Part shown: positions 9,316-16,322 of the stretch, piece after piece | How positions within the stretch are numbered: position 1 is the first letter of the stretch | Layout of the letters: each line of letters starts with the position of its first letter | Source of the DNA: Pseudomonadota bacterium | GTDB taxonomy: Bacteria > Bdellovibrionota_B > Oligoflexia > Oligoflexales > RGVZ01 | Reading direction: 5' to 3' | NCBI GenBank assembly: GCA_041178085.1 | Contig: JBEGVZ010000013.1 | Coordinates: 1-19,670 of the forward strand | Length of the DNA: 19,670 nt | Made by a program: the position numbers and the translations under genes | The notes under the pieces: generated by a model | Databases searched by the model: none | What the model was told of the DNA's origin: nothing | Seen by the model: only the letters and a program-made list of their open reading frames with translations

Positions 9316-11021
9316 GCGAGGCCTGCCTCCCTGACGCGACCAACCAGTTGACTCAAATCCCACGCAGCGGGGAATGGCGTCCTCTCACCGAAGGCACGGG
9401 CCAGAGAGTTCGCGATTGACGGATAAATATTCGCCGCGATGTTTGATATCTCGGGGGTCAGAGGTTCCGGCTTTTCCCCGAGTTCATCAGCGCAAACCGC
9501 CCGCCAGTCACAGGAGCGTTCCGCGGCAATCTTTTTGGCGCGCGCCACGGCTGCATGCCAGCTCCCGCCCACGTAGTACTGACGCAGAATCTCCTTTGAT
9601 AGCTGCACACCGTCATGGGTGAGTCGAAGCTCATCCGGGCCAATCGAATCCACCAGGATGAACTGCCTGCCAACGGCGTCGTCAACAGGTGAAGCGAAGG
9701 CAAATTCCAGCTTTCCGTCTTGCAAATCCAAGCCGGCACTCCGGAACAGGTCACGAAGGGTTGTGGCGATCGACAAAGCCAGTTCCTCAAGCCGCGCAAA
9801 TTCGTCCCGGGTTGTCCCCGAAATGCGACGCGCCTCGGCCCGCGATAAATAGCGATCAGAATCCTCGAGCTTGGTCGAGAATTCGATGACGGGTTTGTTA
9901 AAACATGCTCCAAGCTCAGGAACCTCAAAAAGGCCGATATCTTTCATGTAGACCGGATCCGCCTTTAGCCGCCCGGGCAAGGAGCTACCAACAGGCACGC
10001 CAAATCGGAAGACCACTTCCAGCGGAACCAGGCAGTTAACGGGTGCATTTTCATAAGCGGAATAATCCCAGCCGCGCGGTGTCCGCCCTGGGCGTTTCAC
10101 ATCGACTTCATCGACTGCCAGAAAGCGACTGCCAACTGCGACCAGGCCCCTGCTGTGATGCCGGGTCCCGACATGCCGGAAGATAGTGTCCGCAATCGCG
10201 GCCAAAGCCTCACCCTTGCCCAGGATCAGGTCAGGCATGGGACCCCAGTCAAAAACGGAGTAGCGATCACTGTATTCAAAAAGAAGGGTGCCGGGGGTTG
10301 TGCCGCGAAAGACATTCTTGACTGAACCGCGATAGATCATTGCCGGCCCAGGACGGGTAGTCGTGATTCTTGCGGCAAAAACCGCTGCGCTGCGCAGATT
10401 TCCTGCGCCAAACCAAAGCCCGCCCGATTTCATTTTTTCTTGCAGAAGACTCGCCGCCTGCGGATCTGACTTCCCCTGGAAATCCAGCCATGGAACGAAA
10501 ATAGAAACTGGTGCGCTGCCGTTACCATTTTGTTTTGCAGGGGGATCCTTTTCATTGAGGGGAACGATCTGGATGTTCAATGCATCTGGTTCAGGCACTG
10601 GCCCGATCGAGAAGTTCACACCTGCAGCTGTCGCCACCTCGCGAAAGTGCCGCAGCTCGTCCTGCATTGACGGATCGGACTCCACCGCAACGCCAAGGCT
10701 CAAGTGGATCCGGCGAACGGGATATCCCATCGCCAGCCGCAAGCCACTAACGATCGGCAGGGATGATTCTGACCCGACTCCTGCGAAATAGGCGTCGCAC
10801 AAAGGGTGATCATCCCCCGAATGAGGCTGTCGGCTGCGCTGACCAGTCAACTCAGCCGAGTCAGGTAGTGCCGGAAGGTGACACAAATCCACATCCAATC
10901 CACATTCATGCAACAAGTCGATCAGCGGTTTGGCGGCGTTCCCATCTGGGGCGCTACTGGAATAAAATCCGATGCGGCACTTCTGCGCCAAACCCATGAA
11001 GCTGGATGTTTCCTGACTCAT
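9312..11021 (-). CDS. purC: SAICAR synthetase with a ~227-aa N-terminal degenerate PurE-like extension (569 aa)
   Basis: The C-terminal 342 aa carry PurC motifs YRGSVKNV, YSDRYSVFDWG, PLEVVFR, IEFSTK, DGKLEF, DSIGPDELR and LSKEILR. ATG 11021 forms an ATGA overlap with the purF stop, which supports translation of the whole extension. Confidence 0.9.
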   Translation of the reverse strand: MSQETSSFMGLAQKCRIGFYSSSAPDGNAAKPLIDLLHECGLDVDLCHLPALPDSAELTGQRSRQPHSGDDHPLCDAYFAGVGSESSLPIVSGLRLAMGYPVRRIHLSLGVAVESDPSMQDELRHFREVATAAGVNFSIGPVPEPDALNIQIVPLNEKDPPAKQNGNGSAPVSIFVPWLDFQGKSDPQAASLLQEKMKSGGLWFGAGNLRSAAVFAARITTTRPGPAMIYRGSVKNVFRGTTPGTLLFEYSDRYSVFDWGPMPDLILGKGEALAAIADTIFRHVGTRHHSRGLVAVGSRFLAVDEVDVKRPGRTPRGWDYSAYENAPVNCLVPLEVVFRFGVPVGSSLPGRLKADPVYMKDIGLFEVPELGACFNKPVIEFSTKLEDSDRYLSRAEARRISGTTRDEFARLEELALSIATTLRDLFRSAGLDLQDGKLEFAFASPVDDAVGRQFILVDSIGPDELRLTHDGVQLSKEILRQYYVGGSWHAAVARAKKIAAERSCDWRAVCADELGEKPEPLTPEISNIAANIYPSIANSLARAFGERTPFPAAWDLSQLVGRVREAGLA

Positions 11022-12460
11022 GAACGAGCAACCCCCTCGATGCTGACGCTTTGACAAGGAACAGGATAATTGCCGTCGAGGCATGCCGTGCAGAGGGATG
11101 GCAGGCCGATGGAGGCGCGTAACGAGTCGACGTCCAGGTAAAATATCCCATCAACACCGATCTCTCGGGCCACTTCGTCCTCGCTGCGTTCATGGGCCAC
11201 CAGGCCACGCGCATCAGGAAAATCGATCCCGTAAAAGCACGGATGACGAACGGGTGGGCACGTGCTGGCCAAAAACACCTGACGTGCGCCTGCGGAACGC
11301 ACCAGCGAGACAAGCCTGCGGGCCGTTGTGCCGCGAACCACGCTGTCATCGACCAGCAAAACGGACTTCCCAGCGATTTCCGACGCCACTGGCGCAAGTT
11401 TGATCCTCAACGCTTGTTCGCGATCTTGCTGGGTATTCAAGATGAAACTGCGGAATACATAGCGGTTCTTGATCAGCACATCGCGGTAGGGAATGCCCAG
11501 GCTTTCCGCCAGGGAGATCGCTGCCGTCCGGCTTGTGTCTGGCACCGGGACCACCATGTCGAATGGTCCTGCGGCGCGGCTTTTAACCAGCCTTGCCAGG
11601 GCGCGTCCCAGGTCAAGTCTGGCCCCGTATACACCCCGACCCTCAATGACCGATTCGGCGCTGGCGAAGTAGACCCATTCAAACATGCATGGCGCCTTCC
11701 GCTGAAGGGCTGTACCAGCGACCTTTCGTGAGTGAACTGCTCCGGATTCTTCGACAAAAACAATTTCGCCCGGTTCGATGTCACGAACCAGGCGATGTCC
11801 CATGATATTGAAGGCAGCTGTTTCAGAGGCGATCGAGACGCTGCCGTCCTCGTCACGCCGGCCAAGGACAAGGGGCCGGATCCCACTCGGGTCACGGAAA
11901 GCGTACATCCCCTGCCCCGCGATGATTCCGACCACGGCGTATCCGCCGCGCGCCGTGTCGAAAACAAAATCGACCGCACGGCAGAATGCCTCAAAATCAA
12001 AACGGCCCGGGAGAATTTCCCGGGCCGCTTTGGAAGAAAGTCCTTCCGCGAGGAGGCACTGAAGTACCTCCAGGTCATTTCCGGTCTGGAGGTACCGGTT
12101 CTGGGAAACGCGGATCCGCTCCGCGAGCTCGGTGTAATTTGACAGATTGCCGTTGTGGGCCATGCCAATGCCATAAGGCTGAGGCAGGATAGAGGGCTGG
12201 ATGTCCCGCTCCTCTGCGACGCCGACCGTGGAATACCGGGTGTGACCGATTGCCGCCATGCCACCAAGTCCACCCATTGCCGGCTGGTCAAAAGCCTGCG
12301 AGACAAGCCCAGCACCCCGGACCAGATGAAACTTCTTGTGGTTGAAATCGAAGGAAAGAATGCCCGCGGCGTCCTGTCCGCGATGCTGGAGGGCCAGGAG
12401 GCCCGCATACACATCCCGGGAAGCTGATTGGCTACCGATGACACCCACAACACCGCACAT
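11018..12460 (-). CDS. purF: Amidophosphoribosyltransferase, probably the 4Fe-4S-containing type
   Basis: N-terminal nucleophile MCGVVG; motifs LQHRGQD, GHTRYST, HNGN, RDPSGIRPL, PRPP-binding VDDSVVRGTT; Cys motifs PCMFEWVYF, PCFYGID and LCTACLDG. The start is fixed at 12460 by the Cys2 requirement. Confidence 0.98.
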   Translation of the reverse strand: MCGVVGVIGSQSASRDVYAGLLALQHRGQDAAGILSFDFNHKKFHLVRGAGLVSQAFDQPAMGGLGGMAAIGHTRYSTVGVAEERDIQPSILPQPYGIGMAHNGNLSNYTELAERIRVSQNRYLQTGNDLEVLQCLLAEGLSSKAAREILPGRFDFEAFCRAVDFVFDTARGGYAVVGIIAGQGMYAFRDPSGIRPLVLGRRDEDGSVSIASETAAFNIMGHRLVRDIEPGEIVFVEESGAVHSRKVAGTALQRKAPCMFEWVYFASAESVIEGRGVYGARLDLGRALARLVKSRAAGPFDMVVPVPDTSRTAAISLAESLGIPYRDVLIKNRYVFRSFILNTQQDREQALRIKLAPVASEIAGKSVLLVDDSVVRGTTARRLVSLVRSAGARQVFLASTCPPVRHPCFYGIDFPDARGLVAHERSEDEVAREIGVDGIFYLDVDSLRASIGLPSLCTACLDGNYPVPCQSVSIEGVARS

Positions 12461-12524
12461 GCGAGGGTCTCTCAATGTGGCAAATTCGCGGAAAGTGTAA
12501 TCGCAATTTAACAACGAAATCCAG

Positions 12525-12530
12525 TATAAT
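12525..12530 (+). promoter_or_regulatory. Candidate sigma70 -10 element (TATAAT) for the rightward operon
   Basis: Perfect TATAAT in the AT-rich divergent intergenic region, about 90 nt upstream of ATG 12621. The -35 is poor (TCGCAA at 12501-12506). Confidence 0.45.
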
Positions 12531-12544
12531 CCGATGCGAGGTAG

Positions 12545-12588
12545 AAAAATCCCTGGCCGCAAGGCCGGCCGCAGGGTTCGGGGTTTTT
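12545..12588 (+). promoter_or_regulatory. Structured leader or terminator-like hairpin upstream of the oxygenase gene
   Basis: GGCC-GCAA-GGCC tetraloop hairpin (12555-12566). CCCTG (12551-12555) can pair with CAGGG (12572-12576). AAAAATCCC (12545-12553) can pair with GGGGTTTTT (12580-12588). Confidence 0.4.
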
Positions 12589-12620
12589 GTCGCTCTCAAA
12601 CACCATCCAAGGATGCCACC

Positions 12621-13532
12621 ATGAGCACGATCCACACCGCCAAGGCAGGGCCGAAGACCAGCGAACTCCGCAAAAGGCTCGCCAACCTTGACCGCTGGGA
12701 CAAGATTGTCCGCCTTGACCTGTATCCGGTCCACGATCCTGGTTGTCCAGCAGCGCGGCAGCTCGTTGCACGCTGCCAGGAACAGATGCTAGGCGGCGCC
12801 TGCGAATTGCCAGATTTCCTGACCAAGGATGCTGTCGAAATCCTGCAACTCGAAAGCGCCATCATGGAACACAAGGCATTCTTCAAGCCTGTGGTGGGAA
12901 ATCCATATCTGACGCCTGAAGATCCGAAACTACCCGCCGACCACCCCAACCGCATGACGGAAACGACACGCGTTGGTGTACTGGCTTATGACGAATACCC
13001 GACCGACTCGTTACTGCGCCAGATCTACGAATGGGACCCGATGATGCATTTCATCGGCCAGGTCCTGAAGCTGCCGCAGATCCACCGCTATGCCGACCCG
13101 ATGGGCGGACTGAACCTTTCCGTGATGCAAGATGGTGATTACCTGCGTTGGCACTTTGACCAGACGGATTTCGTCTCTTCAATTTCGATCCAGACTTCGA
13201 CCGAGGGCGGTGAGTTTGAGTACGTGCCAATGATCCGCACGGAAAAAGACGAGAATTACGGCGAGGTCAGCCAGTTGCTCAAAGGAGACCGCAGTAAAGT
13301 CGCAACCATCACCAATCATCCGGGCACGCTGCTGTTGTTCAGGGGCCGCTGGTCCATCCACCGTGTTACACCGATCAAGGGTACGCGCAGCCGCCTGATG
13401 GGACTTTTTGGCTTTGATTCAAAGGCTGGCGTCAAGAGTTCCCCGCATCTTTATGACATTCGCTATGGCCGCAGCAAACCAATGAAAACACCCCCAAGTT
13501 TCGAGGACTACGAACATGCAGGCAAGAACTGA
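12621..13532 (+). CDS. Fe(II)/2-oxoglutarate-dependent oxygenase, BesD/HalD-like, hydroxylase-type triad (303 aa)
   Basis: HxD motif WHFD (13149-13160), EGGEFEY, distal His in GTLLLFRGRWSIHRVTP and a downstream 2OG-binding Arg (TRSRL). AAGGA RBS precedes ATG 12621. Confidence 0.82.
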   Translation: MSTIHTAKAGPKTSELRKRLANLDRWDKIVRLDLYPVHDPGCPAARQLVARCQEQMLGGACELPDFLTKDAVEILQLESAIMEHKAFFKPVVGNPYLTPEDPKLPADHPNRMTETTRVGVLAYDEYPTDSLLRQIYEWDPMMHFIGQVLKLPQIHRYADPMGGLNLSVMQDGDYLRWHFDQTDFVSSISIQTSTEGGEFEYVPMIRTEKDENYGEVSQLLKGDRSKVATITNHPGTLLLFRGRWSIHRVTPIKGTRSRLMGLFGFDSKAGVKSSPHLYDIRYGRSKPMKTPPSFEDYEHAGKN

Positions 13533-15015
13533 CGCGCTGCGCTGGATCAGCGCCAGCCCCAAGAAAGCCTGGATAAACGGAACGTGGGCGGACGTGAAGG
13601 GCGCGGGCTCTAGCTTTCCCGTCATCAACCCGGCGACGGGCGAAACGCTGTGCGAGCTCAACGAATCCGGTGCGGAGTTGGTTGACGCCGCAGCGCAAGC
13701 TGCGCGCTCTGCCTTCAATGATGGAACCTGGCCGGGGATGACGCGCGCCGAACGCGCCTCAGCACTGAACCGCATTGCAGCAGTGATCCGGAAGCACCAG
13801 AACGAACTCGCGGCCCTTGAAACCCTTTGCAATGGCAAGACTTTCAAAGAATCCCTCTACGACGACTTGCCCGAGTCTGCATCCGTATTCGAGTACTACG
13901 CTGGATGGATCGACAAGATTTACGGTGAGACTTGCCCGGTGGAACAAGGGTTCGTAAATTTCACGCTACGCGAACCCGTCGGTCCCTGCGCACTCATCGT
14001 ACCGTGGAATTTTCCGCTGCTGTTGGCCTGCTGGAAGATCGCGCCTGCCCTTGCCATGGGCAACACCGTGGTGGTCAAGCCGTCGCCGATGACATCGCTG
14101 ACCATGATCCGCCTGGCCGAAATCATCCATGCAGAAGGTATCCTGCCCCGCGGTGTGTTCAACGTTGTCACCGGCGGCCGTGAAACCGGTGAGGCACTCA
14201 CGCGGCACAAGTCGATCGCCAAGGTGTCCTTTACGGGCGGCACTGATACGGGACGTTCGATCCTGAAGGGCTCCGCGGAATCAAACCTGAAGGCCGTGAC
14301 ACTTGAGCTGGGAGGGAAATCTCCCAACATCATTTTTGAGGACGCAAAAAATCTTGAGGCCGTGATTGATCGCTCTTTCCAGGCAATGTTTTCCCACAAG
14401 GGCGAAAAGTGCTCGGAACCAACGCGCCTTCTGGTTCATCGCAGCCTGCATGACCGTGTTGTGAAGGCGCTCGTTGAAAAAGCAGAGAAAGTACGCTGTG
14501 GCGACCCCTTCGCAGACACGACAGAACAGGGACCGCAGTGTTTTGAAGATCACATGAAAAAAATCCTGTCCTACATCGAATCGGGACTCAAGGAAGGGGC
14601 GCGTTGCGTTGCCGGCGGCAAGCGGGACGATTCAGCAGAATGCAAGAAGGGCTTCTTCGTACGACCGACCATATTCACCAACGTCACGCCGGCCATGAAG
14701 ATCTTTCAGGAAGAAATCTTCGGACCAGTGCTTGCGGTCAGTGTCTTTGACACGGAGGAACAGGCGATCGAACTGGCCAATGCCACGCGCTACGGACTGG
14801 CTGCTGGCCTTTATACAGCGGACGCGGACCGTGCGATGCGTGTTGCACGCAAACTCGAAGCCGGCATGGTTTTCGTCAACCGTTACGGATGTTACGACTT
14901 TGCCAGCCCGTTTGGGGGCTACAAGGAAAGCGGTTGGGGCAAGGAAATGGCCATCCATTCGCTAGAGGCCTACACCCGTCGTAAATCCATTTGGTTCACT
15001 GTCGCCAAAAATTAA
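13516..15015 (+). CDS. Aldehyde dehydrogenase family protein (499 aa)
   Basis: Motifs INPATGE, PWNFPL, WKIAPALAMGN, FTGGTDTG, catalytic Glu in LELGGKSP, catalytic Cys in GEKC, EEIFGP and PFGGYKESG. GAGGA RBS; 17-nt overlap with the upstream gene. Confidence 0.96.
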   Translation: MQARTDALRWISASPKKAWINGTWADVKGAGSSFPVINPATGETLCELNESGAELVDAAAQAARSAFNDGTWPGMTRAERASALNRIAAVIRKHQNELAALETLCNGKTFKESLYDDLPESASVFEYYAGWIDKIYGETCPVEQGFVNFTLREPVGPCALIVPWNFPLLLACWKIAPALAMGNTVVVKPSPMTSLTMIRLAEIIHAEGILPRGVFNVVTGGRETGEALTRHKSIAKVSFTGGTDTGRSILKGSAESNLKAVTLELGGKSPNIIFEDAKNLEAVIDRSFQAMFSHKGEKCSEPTRLLVHRSLHDRVVKALVEKAEKVRCGDPFADTTEQGPQCFEDHMKKILSYIESGLKEGARCVAGGKRDDSAECKKGFFVRPTIFTNVTPAMKIFQEEIFGPVLAVSVFDTEEQAIELANATRYGLAAGLYTADADRAMRVARKLEAGMVFVNRYGCYDFASPFGGYKESGWGKEMAIHSLEAYTRRKSIWFTVAKN

Positions 15016-15029
15016 TTCAAGGCTCGCCA

Positions 15030-16322
15030 ATGTCTTTCCTGCCGAAAATAGAACGGATCCTGATCGCACGGGGACCAGGGTCTTGCTGGCAAGAAGACAT
15101 TTCCGCCATCAGATCCCGATGGATCGCTCCGGGCGACCGCTGGGTCACACCTGCGCAGGCACCAGGCTTCAAATTTGTCAGGCAACCCGCCCGCGTCATG
15201 TCGATCGGTCTGGACATGGGCAATGGTCAAATCGCATGGGGCGACTGTGTTGGCGTTTCGTTTGCCGGCAAGTCTGGACGTGACCGGGCCTTTACTGGCT
15301 CTGCATCCGACCAGCTGGGTGACGCCGGGTTCACAAAAAAACTTCTTTCCGTCCTGCACGATTGCGCAGGCATGCCGATGGATGCGGTCGAACAAAACAT
15401 CCAGGCGCAAATGCCTGATCAACCCTCAAGCGTCGCATTTGGGATCAGCCAAGCCCTCGTCAATGCAGTCGCGGCCCAATCAGGGAAGTCTGCATGTCAG
15501 GTTTTTGCCGAAATCCTGGGAAGCGCGCCTGATTGGTCGCAAAGACTGGGCCAAATTGAATTCCAGGGGTCTTGCGGTAGCAACTGGCACGACGCAGTCG
15601 AGCGGATGATCGTCCAAGGAATCAGGTACCTGCCACAAGGACAGTTTGAAGACCTCCCCCGTGAACTCGGGGCGGATGGAAGCAAGCTTTTCGCTTACAT
15701 CGACTGGTTGAAGTCACGCATGGCCACATTTGATGCGGCAAGGGGTCCGGCACTGCCCGCACCACAACCACGGGTGATCACTCTAGACTTTCACGGTGCC
15801 GCCGGAACTCTGTTTTCTAACGACCCTGCAAGACTTGCTGCCTTCATCCTTGAGCTTGAGGGTCGCTGCAAGCCCTTTGCCTTGCACATTGAAAGTCCGA
15901 TTGTCATGGACTCGTTTGAGGAGCAGGTTCCAGCCTTGGTCTCCCTGCGCAGGGAACTTCGTTTGCGGAATTCGAAAGTCAAAATCATCGCAGACGAATG
16001 GGCCAATACTTTGGGTCAGATGGAGGCCCTTGCCACGGCAGGCGGAGTGGATGGAATCCACATCAAGATGCCCGACACAGGTTCGCTGCTGGACTCCGGC
16101 CGGGCAGTCCAACTGTGCCACCGCCACAAACTCTTTGCGCTGCTTGGGGGAAGCTGCACGGAGACTGCGGTTTCAGCCACCCTGGCCGTTCACCTTGCAG
16201 CAGCAACCTGCCCTGACGCATTGCTGGTCAAACCAGGTATTTCTTTCGATGAAGGATTCAGCTTGGTGTCGCTCGAGATGTCAAAAATCAAGGCTCGTTT
16301 CGGAGCCGGTATCTCTGACTGA
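15030..16322 (+). CDS. Methylaspartate ammonia-lyase-like enolase-superfamily enzyme, divergent (430 aa)
   Basis: MAL-like segments run along the whole length: GFKFVRQP, GQIAWGDC, SGRD, FGISQAL, LDFHG, LHIESP, IADEWANT, IKMPD, GGSCTET, LVKPG and DEG...EM. Confidence 0.85.
   Translation: MSFLPKIERILIARGPGSCWQEDISAIRSRWIAPGDRWVTPAQAPGFKFVRQPARVMSIGLDMGNGQIAWGDCVGVSFAGKSGRDRAFTGSASDQLGDAGFTKKLLSVLHDCAGMPMDAVEQNIQAQMPDQPSSVAFGISQALVNAVAAQSGKSACQVFAEILGSAPDWSQRLGQIEFQGSCGSNWHDAVERMIVQGIRYLPQGQFEDLPRELGADGSKLFAYIDWLKSRMATFDAARGPALPAPQPRVITLDFHGAAGTLFSNDPARLAAFILELEGRCKPFALHIESPIVMDSFEEQVPALVSLRRELRLRNSKVKIIADEWANTLGQMEALATAGGVDGIHIKMPDTGSLLDSGRAVQLCHRHKLFALLGGSCTETAVSATLAVHLAAATCPDALLVKPGISFDEGFSLVSLEMSKIKARFGAGISD

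Noticed and set aside
11473..12453. 326-aa minus-strand alternative-frame ORF
   Set aside because: It lies entirely inside purF in another frame, with Ser/Arg/Pro-rich composition typical of off-frame GC-rich sequence.
12482..12509. Imperfect inverted repeat (AAATTCGCG...CGCAATTT) upstream of purF as an operator
   Set aside because: It needs a gap to pair and matches no operator I recognise.
12461..12620. N-terminal extensions of purF (to 12562) and of the oxygenase (from 12534) in the ORF track
   Set aside because: PurF needs Cys at position 2 (start 12460). The oxygenase has an RBS before ATG 12621. The two extensions would overlap each other across the promoter region.
12621..13532. Calling the oxygenase a halogenase
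   Set aside because: It retains the Asp of the HxD facial triad.
15030..16322. Assigning the gene symbol mal and a glutamate fermentation role
   Set aside because: Key substrate-binding residues appear changed and no glutamate mutase genes are adjacent.
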